Notes: generated by a model not told the origin, from the letters alone. A DNA stretch of 64,000 bases from Pseudomonadota bacterium (GCA_963204845.1 CAUJIL010000121.1:1251-65250); one strand, 5' to 3'. Counted from the stretch's first letter, positions 10,767 through 22,603 are shown. Program-made: numbers and translations.

Positions 10767-12125
10767 TCAATCGGCCGCGTCGGACGCGGGCGTGCCGAGC
10801 TGCCGGGCCAGCACATCCGCGAGTCCCGCGCTGGGCACCCGGGACTGCGGCAGCCCGCCCGCGCGCAGTCCACGCACGCTGATTTCGTCCGCCGCCAGTT
10901 CGTCGGCGCCCACGATCAGCGCCAGCGTCGCGCCGCTGCGGTCGGCCTTCTTCATCTGGCTGCGCATGCTGCCCTCGCCGCAGTGCATCTGCATGCGCAG
11001 CCACGGCAGGCGATCGCGCAGCGCCTCGGCGACGACGAACGCGAAACGCTGCGCCGCGGCGTCGCCGACCACCCAGAAAACATGCGGCTCGGCCGCGTCG
11101 TCGGCGCCCACGCCGGCCGCACCGAGCAGCAGCACGAGACGCTCGACGCCCATCGCAAAACCCGCGCCCGTCGTCGGCGGTCCGCCAAGTTGCGTGACCA
11201 GAGCATCGTAGCGGCCGCCGGCGCAGACGGTGCCCTGTGCGCCCAGGCTGTCGGTCACCCACTCGTAGACGGTCTTCCCGTAGTAGTCGAGCCCGCGCAC
11301 CAGCGCCGGATTCACGCGGTACACCACGCCGGCGGCATCGAGCAGCGCGCGCAGCCCGTCCATGTGCGCACGCGACTCCTCGTCGAGCCACGTGTCCAGC
11401 GACGGGGCTCCTGCCAGCACCTCGCGCGTGCCGGGGTCCTTGCTGTCCAGGATGCGCAACGGATTCGTGCCCAGCCGACGCCGGCTGTCCTCGTCGAGTG
11501 CGTCGAGATGCGCGCCGAGGTACGCGACCAGCGCCTCGCGGTAGGCGGCGCGCGCTGCGGCGCTGCCCAGCGAATTGATCTCCAGCCGCACCAGCGGCGC
11601 CACCCCGAGCCGGCGCCACAGCCGCGCGAGCAGCAGCAGGTGCTCGGCCTCGATGTCCGGCCCGGCCACGCCGAAGGCCTCGACGCCGATCTGGTGGAAC
11701 TGGCGCTGGCGTCCCATCTGCGGCCGCTCGTGGCGGAACATCGGCCCGGCGTACCACAGTCGCAGCGGCAGACTCTGCAACAGTCCGTTCTGCAGCACGG
11801 CGCGCACGCAGCCCGCGGTGCCTTCGGGTCGCAGCGTCAGGCTGTCACCGTTGCGGTCGGCGAAAGTGTACATCTCCTTCTCGACGATGTCGGTGACCTC
11901 GCCGATCGAGCGGCAGAACAGCTCGGTGGGCTCGAGCAGCGGCAGCCGGATCTCGCGGTAGGCGTGCGCGTGTAGCAGCGCGCCGACCTCGCGCTCGATG
12001 CGCTGCCACACCGCGGTCTGCGTGGGCAGGATATCGGGCATGCCGCGGACGGCCCTGAGTTGCTGCAACGCGCTGGTCTCCGGATTCAACTGGCGAGGCG
12101 CCGCGGTGAACGCGCGGCCGGGCAA
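10767..12125 (-). CDS. hisS: histidine--tRNA ligase
   Basis: Class II aaRS HisS pattern (…[10 protein letters not shown]…, FHQIGVE, GGRYD). The track start is a TTG at 12125; in-frame TTGs at 12089 and 12068 would give a more typical N-terminus. Confidence 0.93.
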   Translation of the reverse strand: MPGRAFTAAPRQLNPETSALQQLRAVRGMPDILPTQTAVWQRIEREVGALLHAHAYREIRLPLLEPTELFCRSIGEVTDIVEKEMYTFADRNGDSLTLRPEGTAGCVRAVLQNGLLQSLPLRLWYAGPMFRHERPQMGRQRQFHQIGVEAFGVAGPDIEAEHLLLLARLWRRLGVAPLVRLEINSLGSAAARAAYREALVAYLGAHLDALDEDSRRRLGTNPLRILDSKDPGTREVLAGAPSLDTWLDEESRAHMDGLRALLDAAGVVYRVNPALVRGLDYYGKTVYEWVTDSLGAQGTVCAGGRYDALVTQLGGPPTTGAGFAMGVERLVLLLGAAGVGADDAAEPHVFWVVGDAAAQRFAFVVAEALRDRLPWLRMQMHCGEGSMRSQMKKADRSGATLALIVGADELAADEISVRGLRAGGLPQSRVPSAGLADVLARQLGTPASDAAD

Positions 12126-12152
12126 AAAAACATGCGCACGGTATAGCCTGCC

Positions 12153-13277
12153 TCAGGCTTTGGCAATCAGCGTGCCGTCCCCGGCAGCCGGCGCCGCGGC
12201 CTTTTCGGCCAGCGCGGCACGGATGGTCCGCTCGATGTCGTCGATGAGCGACGTCGAATCGGTCTTGTGGTGCGGCTCGCCGCCGACGAACACGAGGTTG
12301 CGCGGCGCGCTGCCGGTGACACCGACGTCGGCCTCGCGCGACTCGCCGGGCCCGTTCACGTAGCAACCGATGATCGCCACATCGAGCGGCTCGCTCACGT
12401 CCTCGAGGCGCCGTTCGAGTTCGTTCACGGTCGTGATCACGTCGAAGTTCTGCCGCGAACAGCTGGGACAGGCGACAAAGTTGATGCCCTTGGCGCGCAG
12501 GCGCAGGCTCTTCAGCACGTCCCAGCCGACCCGCACCTCCTCGACCGGGTCGGCCGCGAGCGAGACGCGGATGGTGTCGCCGATACCGTCCATCAGCAGC
12601 ATGCCGAGACCGATCGCGGACTTGACCGTGCCGCCCCGCAAACCGCCGGCCTCGGTGATCCCGAGGTGCAGCGGCTGCTCGATCTGGCCGGCGATCTTGC
12701 GGTACGCCTCCACCGTCATGAACACGTCCGATGCCTTCAGGCTGACCTTGAAGTCCTGGAAATCGTGGCGGTCGAGGATGTCGATGTGGCGCAGCGCCGA
12801 CTCGACCATCGCGTCGGCGCAGGGTTCGCGGTACTTGCGCTGCAGTTCCTTCTCGAGCGAACCGGCATTGACGCCGATGCGGATCGGGATGCCGTGGTCA
12901 CGCGCGGCCTCGATCACCGCGCGCACGCGATCCTCGCGGCCGATGTTGCCGGGATTGATGCGCAGGCAATCCACGCCGCCCTTGGCGACCGCGAGCGCGA
13001 TCCGGTAGTCGAAATGGATGTCGGCGACCAGCGGCACCCGCACCTGGCGGCGGATCGCGGCGAAGGCCTGCGCCGCGTCCATGCTCGGCACCGAGACGCG
13101 CACGATATCGGCACCGGCCGCCGCCAGCGCCTCGATCTGGGCCACCGTCGCCGCCACGTCGCAGGTCTCGGTGTTCGTCATGCTCTGCACCGAAATCGGG
13201 GCGTCGCCGCCCACCGGCACCGAGCCGACCATGATGCGGCGCGAGCGCCGCCGGACGATGGGGGAAGGATGCAGCAT
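12153..13277 (-). CDS. ispG: 4-hydroxy-3-methylbut-2-en-1-yl diphosphate synthase
   Basis: Full-length GcpE/IspG similarity (…ISVQSMTNT…, …[10 protein letters not shown]…, …GCYVNGPGE…). Confidence 0.95.
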   Translation of the reverse strand: MLHPSPIVRRRSRRIMVGSVPVGGDAPISVQSMTNTETCDVAATVAQIEALAAAGADIVRVSVPSMDAAQAFAAIRRQVRVPLVADIHFDYRIALAVAKGGVDCLRINPGNIGREDRVRAVIEAARDHGIPIRIGVNAGSLEKELQRKYREPCADAMVESALRHIDILDRHDFQDFKVSLKASDVFMTVEAYRKIAGQIEQPLHLGITEAGGLRGGTVKSAIGLGMLLMDGIGDTIRVSLAADPVEEVRVGWDVLKSLRLRAKGINFVACPSCSRQNFDVITTVNELERRLEDVSEPLDVAIIGCYVNGPGESREADVGVTGSAPRNLVFVGGEPHHKTDSTSLIDDIERTIRAALAEKAAAPAAGDGTLIAKA

Positions 13278-13278
13278 C

Positions 13279-13785
13279 TCAGGGCGTATCCGAGTGCGAG
13301 AGGTGTTCCGGCGCCACCAACGGCACCACCCGTGCGCCGGCGGCGGTCTCGACGGTCACCGTCGCTTCCATCGCGTCACCACCTTCCGCGCCCGGGCCAC
13401 GGCTGTGGAACAGGTATAACGCACTCGCCGCCAGCAGCAGCAGGACCAGTCCCACGCGCCCGGCTCCCGCGGCACCGGGTGGTGACAGCTGCGCCGGTGT
13501 CTGGGCGCGCGGCGCATTGCCGGACTCCGGGCGCACCCGCCGCCGGCAGGCCACGATCTCGTCCGGATCGAGGCCTAGCAGCCGCGCGTAGTTGCGCAGG
13601 TAACCGCGCACGAAGGTGTCACCGCGCAGACGTTCGTACTCGTTGTGCTCGAGCGCGCGCACGACGTACTGCAGCAGGTGCAGCTGCTCGGCCACCTCCT
13701 CGATGCCGAGTCCGGCGCCCTCGCGCGCGGCCCGCAGCAGCGCACCGGGTCCATCGTCTGTCCGCCGATCGTCTGCGCGCGTCAT
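13279..13785 (-). CDS. rodZ: RodZ-like helix-turn-helix membrane protein (short form)
   Basis: XRE-type HTH (…[21 protein letters not shown]…), …[16 protein letters not shown]…, a single TM helix and a short tail. Conserved slot between pilW and ispG. Confidence 0.6.
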   Translation of the reverse strand: MTRADDRRTDDGPGALLRAAREGAGLGIEEVAEQLHLLQYVVRALEHNEYERLRGDTFVRGYLRNYARLLGLDPDEIVACRRRVRPESGNAPRAQTPAQLSPPGAAGAGRVGLVLLLLAASALYLFHSRGPGAEGGDAMEATVTVETAAGARVVPLVAPEHLSHSDTP

Positions 13786-13791
13786 TGCGGC

Positions 13792-14577
13792 TCAGTTCCC
13801 GGTCCGGGTGGCCGTGTACTCGCGGAATTCCGCGGACTCGGGATAGAGGTTGCGCAACTGCAGCGCGTAGCTCGCCTCGGCGTCACGATCGTTGTTGACG
13901 CGCGCCAGGCCGATGCCGAGCAGCAGGCTGCGCGGGGACTGGCGCGGCGCCAGGGCGCGGAAGCGCTCGTAGTAGCGCGTGGCCGCCGCGGGCTGTCCGC
14001 GGGCGTGCTCGATGAACGCCAGCTCGAGCAGCGCGGCCCACTGGCGACGGTCCATCTTGACCGCGCGCTGCAGCACCTCCTCGGCGCGCGCGGTATCGCC
14101 GACCTTGTTGTACGCGCGGCCGAGGTTCGTGAACGCCGAGGCGCGCGACTCGTACAGCGTGTCAGCGACCACCTGTTCCAGCTCGCGGATCGCGCCGCGC
14201 GTGTCGCCGCGCTCGTACAGGAACGCCGCGTAGTTGTTGCGCGCACGCGAGAACTTCGGATCGGCCCCGAGCGCGCGGCGGAAATGATCCTCCGCGAGCT
14301 CGTATTCGCCGGTGCGCCAGAACACCTGCGCCAGCGTGTCGTGCACCGGTGCGGAGCGTGGGTCGAGTTCGAGCGCACGACGCAGGTGCACCACCGCCTG
14401 CTCGGTGTTGCCCTTCTCGAGATACGCGGTCGCAGCTTCCACCCGGCGCTGGATCTCCGCTTCCTTGTCGGCCTTGAACGAGGAGCCGGTCAGCGTGGTC
14501 GTCGTGCAGCCGGAGAGCAGGACCGCGGCCACGAGCAGCGCGCCCAGGACCGAACGGTTGAGCAACGTGGCGGTCAT
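13792..14577 (-). CDS. pilW: type IV pilus biogenesis/stability TPR lipoprotein PilW (PilF)
   Basis: Lipobox LLSGCT, TPR repeats, and synteny rlmN-pilW-rodZ. ATG verified at 14577, overlapping the rlmN stop by 4 nt. Confidence 0.7.
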   Translation of the reverse strand: MTATLLNRSVLGALLVAAVLLSGCTTTTLTGSSFKADKEAEIQRRVEAATAYLEKGNTEQAVVHLRRALELDPRSAPVHDTLAQVFWRTGEYELAEDHFRRALGADPKFSRARNNYAAFLYERGDTRGAIRELEQVVADTLYESRASAFTNLGRAYNKVGDTARAEEVLQRAVKMDRRQWAALLELAFIEHARGQPAAATRYYERFRALAPRQSPRSLLLGIGLARVNNDRDAEASYALQLRNLYPESAEFREYTATRTGN

Positions 14578-15725
14578 GTGCGGGCCTCGGGTGAACAGGG
14601 CGCCGCGGCGCGGTGGCGCGCCGAGCGTCTGGTGCGATCGCTTACGCGCCCCACCAGCTGGCCGCAGGCAGCGTCGATGTCGTCCCCGCGCGTGGTACGC
14701 ACGGTCACGCGGTAGCCGGCATCGTTCAGCACGTTCCAGAAACGGCTGACCGCGTTGCGGCTGGGCCGCTCGTAGCTCGACTGCGGGAACGGATTGAAGG
14801 GAATCAGGTTGATCTTGCACGGGAAGCCGCGCAGCAGCGCGGCCAGTTCGTGCGCCAGCGCGACGCTGTCGTTGAGGTCCTTGATCAGCGTGTACTCGAC
14901 CGTCACGACGCGCTTGACGTCGGTCTGCGCGTCCATGTAACGGCGCGCCGAGTCGAGCAGGGCGCGGATCGGGTAGCGGCGGTTGACCGGCATCAGCCGG
15001 TCGCGCAGCGCATCGTTGGGCGCGTGCAGCGAGATCGCCAGCGAGGCCTCGCTGAGGCCGGCGAGGCGATCCAGCGCCGGGACCACGCCGGCGGTGCTCA
15101 GCGTCACCCGCCGTTTCGAGATCCCGTACGCGAAGTCATCCATCATCAGATCCATCGCCGCGACGACGTTGTCGAAGTTTAGCAGAGGCTCGCCCATGCC
15201 CATCAGCACCACGTTGGTGATGCTGCGCTGACCGCCGCGCTTCGGCAGCCCGAAGGTCCTGGCCGCGATCCACACCTGGCCGATGATCTCGGCCGCGCTG
15301 AGGTCGCGCTGGAAACCCTGCTTGCCGGTCGAGCAGAAACTGCAGTCGAGCGCGCACCCCACCTGCGAGGACACGCACAGCGTGCCGCGCCCTTGCTCGG
15401 GGATGAACACCGTCTCGACCGAACCGCCACCGTCGACGCGGATCAGCCACTTGCGGGTGCCGTCGGCCGAGACGTGCTCCTCGGCCACCGCTGGAGGACG
15501 CACCTCGGCGCAGGCGGCCAGCCGCTCGCGCAGCGCACGACCGATGTCGGTCATGCGCGCGAAGTCGTCGACTCCCTGGTGGTAGATCCACTTGAACAGC
15601 TGCTGCGCGCGCCACGGCTTCTCGCCGAGCGCGACCATGAACTCCTCGAGGCGCGCGCGCGGCATGCCCAGCAGGTTGACCCGGGCCGGAACCGCGTCGC
15701 TGACAATCGGCGGAGCGCTGCTCAT
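14574..15725 (-). CDS. rlmN: 23S rRNA/tRNA adenine-C2 methyltransferase RlmN (radical SAM)
   Basis: …[15 protein letters not shown]… and the radical-SAM motif [11 protein letters not shown] verified at 15725. Confidence 0.95.
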   Translation of the reverse strand: MSSAPPIVSDAVPARVNLLGMPRARLEEFMVALGEKPWRAQQLFKWIYHQGVDDFARMTDIGRALRERLAACAEVRPPAVAEEHVSADGTRKWLIRVDGGGSVETVFIPEQGRGTLCVSSQVGCALDCSFCSTGKQGFQRDLSAAEIIGQVWIAARTFGLPKRGGQRSITNVVLMGMGEPLLNFDNVVAAMDLMMDDFAYGISKRRVTLSTAGVVPALDRLAGLSEASLAISLHAPNDALRDRLMPVNRRYPIRALLDSARRYMDAQTDVKRVVTVEYTLIKDLNDSVALAHELAALLRGFPCKINLIPFNPFPQSSYERPSRNAVSRFWNVLNDAGYRVTVRTTRGDDIDAACGQLVGRVSDRTRRSARHRAAAPCSPEART

Positions 15726-15744
15726 GGCGCGCGCGGGAGCGCCC

Positions 15745-16173
15745 TCACGGGCGATCGCAGAGCTCGGTGGCAGCAAAGAAGTACGCGATCTCGCGCGCCG
15801 CCGAAGCCGGCGAATCCGAGCCGTGCACCGCGTTGGCGTCGATGCTCGAGGCGAAATCGGCGCGGATCGTTCCCGGCGCGGCTTCCTTCGGGTTGGTCGC
15901 ACCCATCAGTTCACGGTTGCGCGCCACCGCGCCCTCGCCCTCCAGCACCTGCACCAGCACCGGCCCCGAGGTCATGAACCCGATCAGCGCCGGATAGAAC
16001 GGCCGCCCCTTGTGCTCGGCATAGAAACCGCCCGCGGCGGTCTCGCCAAGGCGCAGCATCTTCGCGGCGACGATGCGCAGGCCGTTCTTCTCGAAACGCG
16101 ACAGGATCTCGCCGATGGCGTTCTTCGCCACCGCGTCGGGCTTGATGATGGACAGGGTACGCTCGATGCTCAT
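15745..16173 (-). CDS. ndk: nucleoside-diphosphate kinase
   Basis: [15 protein letters not shown]… and the NAVHGSD active-site region. Confidence 0.97.
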   Translation of the reverse strand: MSIERTLSIIKPDAVAKNAIGEILSRFEKNGLRIVAAKMLRLGETAAGGFYAEHKGRPFYPALIGFMTSGPVLVQVLEGEGAVARNRELMGATNPKEAAPGTIRADFASSIDANAVHGSDSPASAAREIAYFFAATELCDRP

Positions 16174-16291
16174 GCAGATGCTCCGTGGGGCCGGGACGAC
16201 CGGGCGCGAACCGCCGGGCCGGTGAAAAAGGGACGGCGATTATACGTGCCGGGTTGACCCGGGGTAAGTGACAAACAGCGCAAAACCGCCC

Positions 16292-17470
16292 TCAGGCGAA
16301 CCGCCCCGGCTCGGGCAACGCCGTGCCGCGCAGCCGCGTGTACGCACGGCGCACGCTGTCGGCGACCAGTTCGACCTCCTCGTCGGTCGTGAAACGACCC
16401 AGGCTGAAGCGCAGCGAGGACAGCGCGAGCTCCCGGTCCAGCCCGATCGCGCGCAGCACCCGCGAGGGTTCCATGGTCGCCGAGGCGCAGGCCGACCCGG
16501 TGGACACCGCGACGTCCTTCATCGCCGCCATCAGCGACTCGCCCTCGACCCCGGCGAAATGCAGGTTCAGCGCACCGGGTATGCGCTGGCCGGGGTCGCC
16601 ATTCTGCCCCACGCCCTCGAGGTCCGCGAGCGCATTCCACAACGCATCGCGCAGGCCACGGATGCGCGCCGCATCCTCGTGCATTTCGGCACGAGCGATG
16701 CGTGCCGCCTCGCCCATGCCGGCGATCTGGTGCGTCGCCAGCGTGCCGGAGCGCAGCCCGCGCTCGTGGCCGCCGCCGTGCATCTGCGCCTCGAGCCGCA
16801 GCTCCGGCGTGCGTCGGACGTAGAGCGCGCCGACGCCCTTCGGGCCGTACATCTTGTGCGCCGACAACGACATCAGGTCGACCGGCCACTGCCCGAGGTC
16901 GATCGGCAGCTTGCCGGCCGACTGGGCGGCGTCGACGTGGAACACGATGCCGTGCTCCCGGCACAGCGCCCCGATCGCCGCGATGTCGTTGATCGTGCCG
17001 AGTTCGTTGTTCACGTGCATCACGCTGACCAGGAAGGTGTCCTCGCGCAGCAGCGGCGCGAGCGCCTCGGGGCGTACGATGCCGCCGCGATCCGGCGCAA
17101 CCAGGCTGAGCGCGAAGCCCTGCGCCTCCAGATGGCGGCAGGTATCGAGCACGGCGCTGTGCTCGATCGACGAGATCACGATATGACCGTCGTGGCGCCC
17201 GCGGTGCGCGGCCACGCCCTTCAGCGCGAGGTTGTCGGCTTCCGTCGCCCCCGAGGTCCACACGATCTCGCGCGGGTCCGCCCCGATCAGGTCCGCCACC
17301 TCGCGCCGCGCCTGCTCCACCGTCTCCTCCGCGCGCCAGCCGTAGACGTGCGTGCGCGAGGCCGGGTTGCCGAAGTTGCCGTCGATGGTCAGGCACTCGG
17401 CCATGCGCGTGGCGACCCTGGGATCGACCGGTGTGGTGGCGAGGTAATCGAGGTAGACGGGCAGGCGCAT
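16292..17470 (-). CDS. iscS: cysteine desulfurase IscS/NifS type
   Basis: [19 protein letters not shown]…, the PLP-lysine region [10 protein letters not shown] and the active-site [11 protein letters not shown] verified at 17470. Confidence 0.9.
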   Translation of the reverse strand: MRLPVYLDYLATTPVDPRVATRMAECLTIDGNFGNPASRTHVYGWRAEETVEQARREVADLIGADPREIVWTSGATEADNLALKGVAAHRGRHDGHIVISSIEHSAVLDTCRHLEAQGFALSLVAPDRGGIVRPEALAPLLREDTFLVSVMHVNNELGTINDIAAIGALCREHGIVFHVDAAQSAGKLPIDLGQWPVDLMSLSAHKMYGPKGVGALYVRRTPELRLEAQMHGGGHERGLRSGTLATHQIAGMGEAARIARAEMHEDAARIRGLRDALWNALADLEGVGQNGDPGQRIPGALNLHFAGVEGESLMAAMKDVAVSTGSACASATMEPSRVLRAIGLDRELALSSLRFSLGRFTTDEEVELVADSVRRAYTRLRGTALPEPGRFA

Positions 17471-17487
17471 GCGGGAGGGTTCCGTGA

Positions 17488-17985
17488 TCAGGACAGTGCC
17501 GCGACCGGGATGTCGCCGCCGGTGCCGCGGCGGCGCGACGCAGGTGCCTCGCGGCGGTCCTGGCGCTCGGAGACGCGCTGCACATCGGCGCGCGCCACCA
17601 GGTCGCCCAGCGTGATGCCGTCGAGGAAGGAATGGATGCGACCGCTGAGGTCGTACCACAGGGTCTGCGTCAGGCACATGCGTCCGCGGCCACAGCTTTC
17701 CATGCCCTGGCAGCCGGCCGCATCGTAGGCCTCGTTGACCGCATCGATGATCACCGCGACGCTGATGTCGGCGCCCGGGCGGCTCAGCCGGTAGCCGCCG
17801 CCCGGACCGCGCACGCTGGCGACCAGACCGGCGCGCCGCAAGCGGGCAAACAACTGCTCCAGGTACGACAACGAGATCTCCTGGCGCCGCGAGATGTCGG
17901 CCAGGCTCACCGGCCCGTGGCCCTCGTGCAGCGCCAGGTCGAGCATCGCCGTCACCGCGTAGCGGCCCTTGGTCGTCAAGCGCAT
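17488..17985 (-). CDS. iscR: Fe-S cluster assembly transcriptional regulator IscR (Rrf2 family)
   Basis: [18 protein letters not shown]… Rrf2 HTH. Three Cys spaced C-x5-C-x5-C ([14 protein letters not shown]), as in IscR cluster ligands. Confidence 0.9.
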   Translation of the reverse strand: MRLTTKGRYAVTAMLDLALHEGHGPVSLADISRRQEISLSYLEQLFARLRRAGLVASVRGPGGGYRLSRPGADISVAVIIDAVNEAYDAAGCQGMESCGRGRMCLTQTLWYDLSGRIHSFLDGITLGDLVARADVQRVSERQDRREAPASRRRGTGGDIPVAALS

Positions 17986-18015
17986 CGCCGTCTCCCCGGG
18001 GTACTCGAGGCAGGC

Positions 18016-18044
18016 AGTATTCTTATTCCTACTTTGCCAGTCAA
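18016..18044 (-). promoter_or_regulatory. candidate sigma70 promoter of iscRS (TTGACT-N17-AATACT) in an AT-rich patch
   Basis: Minus strand reads TTGACTggcaaagtaggaataagAATACT, about 30 nt upstream of the iscR ATG. It is a conspicuous AT-rich island in GC-rich DNA and is loosely IscR-box-like. The -35 element overlaps the trmJ stop codon. Confidence 0.45.
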
Positions 18045-18829
18045 GAATTGCGCCAGCCGCCCCGGCGGGCGGCGGCGCTGACCTTGCCCATCTCGGTGAG
18101 CATGCCGCGCAGGATATTCAGCTCCATCTGGTCCAGCCGCACGCGGTTGAACAGCCTGCGCAGGCGGACCATCAGCTGCCGTGGCGCGGCCGGATTCAGG
18201 AAGCCGATGTCCTCCAGCGTGCACTCCAGATGCGCGTAGAAGCGCTCCATCCCCTCGACCGTCGCCAGCGGCTCGTCCCAGGCCGGCGCCGGCAGCGCGC
18301 CGGCCGTCGCGAGCGCGCACATGCGCAGCTCGTAGCAGAGCAGCTGTACCGCCGCGGCCAGGTTCAGCGAGCTGTAGCCGGGGCTGGTCGGCACGTGCAC
18401 GTGCCAGTGGCACAGCCGCAGTTCCTCGTTGCTGAGCCCCGCGTCCTCGCGTCCGAACACCAGCGCCACCTCCTCGCCCCCGCGCTCGACCAGGCACAGC
18501 CGTCCGAGCTCACGCGGGCCCAGCTGCGGCAGCTGGATGCGCCGCTCGCGCGCACTGGTACCGATCACCAGGCTGCAGTCGGCAACCGCCTCCGCGAGCG
18601 TGGCGGTCACCACCGCGGAATCGAGCACGTCGGTGGCCTGCACCGCGCGGTAGCTCGCCTCGCGGTGCGGGAAGTCGGCCGGCGCCACCAGGTAGAGCCG
18701 CCGCAGGCCCATGTTCTTCATCGCACGCGCGGCGGCGCCGATGTTGCCCGAGTGCAGCGTGCCGACCAGCACCACGCGCACCCGCGCGAAAACGCGCTCG
18801 AGCGCCTGTTCGTCCACCTGATCCGTCAT
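18041..18829 (-). CDS. trmJ: tRNA (cytidine/uridine-2'-O)-methyltransferase TrmJ
   Basis: SpoU/TrmH pattern …[23 protein letters not shown]… and …SLNLAAAV…. ATG verified at 18829. Confidence 0.85.
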   Translation of the reverse strand: MTDQVDEQALERVFARVRVVLVGTLHSGNIGAAARAMKNMGLRRLYLVAPADFPHREASYRAVQATDVLDSAVVTATLAEAVADCSLVIGTSARERRIQLPQLGPRELGRLCLVERGGEEVALVFGREDAGLSNEELRLCHWHVHVPTSPGYSSLNLAAAVQLLCYELRMCALATAGALPAPAWDEPLATVEGMERFYAHLECTLEDIGFLNPAAPRQLMVRLRRLFNRVRLDQMELNILRGMLTEMGKVSAAARRGGWRNS

Positions 18830-18957
18830 GCTGTCACCGCATCGCGCCAAAATGGGCATTTTGCTTGGCCGCGTCGCGGCTGCAAAGCACCGTGTGCAGG
18901 CGCTGTGTATACTGGCGCGCCGTTTTTCGCGGCGTCCGCAGCAGGAGATTCCCGTCG

Positions 18958-19794
18958 ATGCATCCCATGGTCAACATCGCCCTCGCGGCGGCACGCAAGG
19001 CCGGCGAGCTCATCGCGCGCGCCGCCGACCGCATCGACCTGATCGAGGTGAGCCGCAAGGCGGACAATGACTTCGTGACCGAGACCGACCGCGCCGCCGA
19101 GCGCGAGATCATGTTCCAGCTGCGCAAGGCCTATCCCGACCACCAGATCCTCGCCGAGGAAAGCGGCGCCTCCGGCGACCCCGCGCGCTCCGGCGGTTTC
19201 CAGTGGATCATCGATCCGCTGGACGGCACCACCAACTTCGTGCGCGGCATCCCGCACTTCGCAGTCTCGATCGCCTGCGTGCGCGACGGCCGCCTCGAGC
19301 ACGCGGTGATCGTCGACCCGATCCGCCGCGAGGAATTCACTGCCACCCGCGGTGCCGGCGCGCAACTGAACGGGCGGCGCATGCGCGTCAGCGCGCGCGC
19401 CGGGCTCAAGGAGTCCGTGCTCGGCACCGGCATACCGTTCCGCGAACCGGCGATCGGGCTGTTGCCCGCGTACCTGCACACGCTGGAACAATTCGCGATG
19501 CGCAGCGCCGGCATCCGTCGCGCCGGCGCCGCGACGCTGGACCTCGCCTACGTGGCGGCGGGGCGCCTCGACGGCTTCTGGGAGATCGGCCTCAAGCCGT
19601 GGGACATGGCGGCTGGCGCGCTGCTGGTGCAGGAAGCCGGTGGACTGGTGGCGGACTTCGACGGCGGCAACGGCTGGATGGACAGCGGACGCATCGTGGC
19701 TGCCAACCCCAAATGCCTGAAGGCGATGCTGCAGGTGATCCGGCCCGCGCTGGGCAGCGGGGCTGCCTCCGCAGCGCCCGGCGCCGCCGACTGA
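18958..19794 (+). CDS. suhB: inositol monophosphatase family protein SuhB
   Basis: …DFVTETDRAAE… and WIIDPLDGTTNF motifs. ATG verified at 18958. Divergent from trmJ, as in other gammaproteobacteria. Confidence 0.9.
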   Translation: MHPMVNIALAAARKAGELIARAADRIDLIEVSRKADNDFVTETDRAAEREIMFQLRKAYPDHQILAEESGASGDPARSGGFQWIIDPLDGTTNFVRGIPHFAVSIACVRDGRLEHAVIVDPIRREEFTATRGAGAQLNGRRMRVSARAGLKESVLGTGIPFREPAIGLLPAYLHTLEQFAMRSAGIRRAGAATLDLAYVAAGRLDGFWEIGLKPWDMAAGALLVQEAGGLVADFDGGNGWMDSGRIVAANPKCLKAMLQVIRPALGSGAASAAPGAAD

Positions 19795-19807
19795 CGCCGC
19801 GCCCCGC

Positions 19808-20731
19808 TCAGGGCGTCTCCTGCGCCTCGCCCTGCTCGGGCGCGGGCAACATCAGATCGGTGCGTTCGAGTCCCACGCGCAGCGCGAGGGCGGTCGCGAC
19901 GTAGATCGACGAATAGGTGCCGATCACGATACCGATCGTCAGCGCAAGCGAAAAGCCGCGCAGCGTCTCGCCACCGAAGATCAGCAGCGCGATAACCGAC
20001 AACAGCGTCACTCCCGAGGTCATCAGGGTGCGGCCCAGCGTCTGGTTCAGCGAGGCGTTGGCCAGACTGCTCATGTCCGTGCGGCGCATCTTGCGCGCGT
20101 TCTCGCGGATACGGTCGAACACCACGATGGTGTCGTTGATCGAGTAGCCGATCAGCGCGAGGAAGGCGGCCAGCACCGCCAGGTCGATTTCCCAGCCGAA
20201 CAGCGCGAAGGCACCCAGCGTGATCACCACGTCGTGCACCAGCGCCGCGACCGCCCCCACCGACAGCTTCCACTGGAAACGCATCGACACGTAGAGCATC
20301 ACGACCAGGAACGAGGTCAGCACCGCCAGCACGCCCTGGCTGGCCATTTCCTCGCCCATCTGGGGCCCGACCAGTTCGGTGCGCCGCAGCGTCACGCCGG
20401 CCGCGTTGCGCGCGGCGAGACCGTCGACGATCCGCTGCACCGCGGACGCCGAATCGGCGCTCGGCAAGCGGATCAGCACCTCCTGCTCGGAGCCGAAGTG
20501 CACCGCCGAGGCGCGCGGGAAACCCACCTCCGCCAGCGTGCCGCGCACCTCGTCGAGCGCCACCGGAGCGCCGAAGCCCACCTCGAGCAGCGTGCCGCCG
20601 GTGTAATCGAGCCCGAGGTTCAGTCCGCGCAGCGCGAACGCGCCGATCGACACCACGATCAGCAGCGCCGACAGCGCGAAGGCCGCCGTGCGCAGGCGCA
20701 TGAAATCCAGTGCGGGTTGCCCTTCGCTCAT
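19808..20731 (-). CDS. secF: protein translocase subunit SecF
   Basis: …DFMRLR… N-terminus, LGLDYTGG, and a six-TM SecF profile. Confidence 0.95.
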   Translation of the reverse strand: MSEGQPALDFMRLRTAAFALSALLIVVSIGAFALRGLNLGLDYTGGTLLEVGFGAPVALDEVRGTLAEVGFPRASAVHFGSEQEVLIRLPSADSASAVQRIVDGLAARNAAGVTLRRTELVGPQMGEEMASQGVLAVLTSFLVVMLYVSMRFQWKLSVGAVAALVHDVVITLGAFALFGWEIDLAVLAAFLALIGYSINDTIVVFDRIRENARKMRRTDMSSLANASLNQTLGRTLMTSGVTLLSVIALLIFGGETLRGFSLALTIGIVIGTYSSIYVATALALRVGLERTDLMLPAPEQGEAQETP

Positions 20732-20740
20732 CGATCGCTC

Positions 20741-22603
20741 CTAGATGGAAAGCCGCGCGACGCGCCGGCCGCCATAGACCATGTTCACCAGCACCCGCGT
20801 CCCCATCACCGAGGTGAACATCGAGGTCAGGATCCCCAGCGACAGCACGACCGCGAAGCCGCGCACCGGCCCGGTGCCCACCGCGTAGAGGATCACCGCG
20901 ACCAGCAGCGTCGTGATGTTCGAGTCGATGATCGTCAGCCACGCGCGGTCGTAGCCCGCCGCGATCGCCGAATGCGGTGGCATGCCGTTGGCGAGTTCCT
21001 CGCGGATGCGCGAGTTGATCAGCACGTTGGCGTCCACTGCCATGCCGACCGTCAGCACGATGCCGGCCATGCCGGGCAGCGTCAGCGTGGCCGACAGCAT
21101 CGACATCACCGACAGCAGCAGCATCACGTTGAAGGCCAGCGCGAGGTTCGCGAAGACGCCGAACACGCGGTAGACGGCCAGCATGAACAGCACCACCAGC
21201 ACGGAGCCGATCGCCATCGAGCGCAGGCCGAGCGCGATGTTGTCCGCGCCCAGCGACGGGCCGACGGTGCGCTCCTCGACGAAATCGAGCGGCGCGGCGA
21301 GCGCCCCGGCACGCAGCAGCAGCGCGAGCTCGGCGGACTCCGACGGATTGTCCAGCCCGGTGATGCGGAACTGCGTGCCGAGCGCGGACTGGATGGTGGC
21401 GAGGCTGATGATCTTCTTCTCGTCGTAACGTTCGAGCACCGGCACCTCGTTGCCGGTGGCGTCCTTCTCGTAGCCGACCGTGCGCGACTTGCGCTCGATG
21501 AACAGCACCGCCATGCGGCGCTTGATGTTGTCGCGCGTGGCGCGGTTCATCAGGGTGCCGCCCTGGCTGTCGAGGTTGATGTTGACCTGCGGGCGGCCGT
21601 TCTCGTCGAAGCTCGACGAGGCGCCGGTCACGCGGTCGCCGCCGATGATCAGGTCACGCTCGATCCACGCGCTGCGTTCGGGACCGCCGCCGGCGCGGAA
21701 CTCGAACTGCTCGCGCTCGGTGGCGGGCGCATCGGGGCGCGCCTCGAGGCGGAACTCCAGGTTGGCGGTCTTGCCGAGGATGCGCTTGGCCTCCGCGGTG
21801 TCCTGCACGCCGGGCAGCTCGACGACGATGCGGTTGCGGCCCTGCTGCTGGATCAGCGGCTCGGCCACCCCGAGTTCGTTGACGCGGTTGCGCAGCGTGG
21901 TGAGGTTCTGCTCGACAGCGTAGTCCTCGAGCTCGCGTATCTGCTGCTCGCCGAGCGCCAGCGTGAGCAGGAAGCGCCCGTCACGCTCCTCGGTGAGCCG
22001 CTGCAGTTCCGGTGCGTGCTCGCGGATCACCTCGACCGCCTGGGTGCGCACCTCGTCGCTGGCGAACGAGGCATCGATGTGGTTGCCGTCGCCGGCCTTG
22101 ACCAGTCCGCGGATCCGCTCCTCGCGCAGCTTCTTGCGCAGGTCCGCCTCGTAGACCGCGATCCGCTTCGCCACCGCCGCCTCGGTATCGACCTGCAACA
22201 GGAAATGAACGCCACCCCGGAGGTCGAGGCCCAGCTTCAGCGGCGCGCCGCCGATCGCGGTGAGCCAGGCGGGCGTGGTCGGCGCGAGGTTCAACGCGAC
22301 CACGAAATCGTCACCGAGCGCGCGCCGCGCCAGCGCCTGCGCGCGCAACTGCTGCTCCATGCCGGTCAGCCGCACCAGTCCGGAGCGCGGCCCGACTTCA
22401 CTGCCCTTGACCGCGACCCCGGCCTCCTCGAGCGCCGCGCGCGCGCGATCGAGCACCGTATCGTCGATCGCCAGCGCGCTGCTGGCACCCGAGATCTGGA
22501 TCGCCGGGTCCGGCGGGTAGAGGTTCGGCAGCGCATAAATGGTCGAAACGACCAGCACGAGCGCGACCAGCAGGTTCTTCCAGAGCGGGTATCGGTTCAG
22601 CAT
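20741..22603 (-). CDS. secD: protein translocase subunit SecD
   Basis: MLNRYPLWKN…, a large periplasmic domain and a C-terminal TM bundle. Sits immediately upstream of secF. Confidence 0.96.
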   Translation of the reverse strand: MLNRYPLWKNLLVALVLVVSTIYALPNLYPPDPAIQISGASSALAIDDTVLDRARAALEEAGVAVKGSEVGPRSGLVRLTGMEQQLRAQALARRALGDDFVVALNLAPTTPAWLTAIGGAPLKLGLDLRGGVHFLLQVDTEAAVAKRIAVYEADLRKKLREERIRGLVKAGDGNHIDASFASDEVRTQAVEVIREHAPELQRLTEERDGRFLLTLALGEQQIRELEDYAVEQNLTTLRNRVNELGVAEPLIQQQGRNRIVVELPGVQDTAEAKRILGKTANLEFRLEARPDAPATEREQFEFRAGGGPERSAWIERDLIIGGDRVTGASSSFDENGRPQVNINLDSQGGTLMNRATRDNIKRRMAVLFIERKSRTVGYEKDATGNEVPVLERYDEKKIISLATIQSALGTQFRITGLDNPSESAELALLLRAGALAAPLDFVEERTVGPSLGADNIALGLRSMAIGSVLVVLFMLAVYRVFGVFANLALAFNVMLLLSVMSMLSATLTLPGMAGIVLTVGMAVDANVLINSRIREELANGMPPHSAIAAGYDRAWLTIIDSNITTLLVAVILYAVGTGPVRGFAVVLSLGILTSMFTSVMGTRVLVNMVYGGRRVARLSI

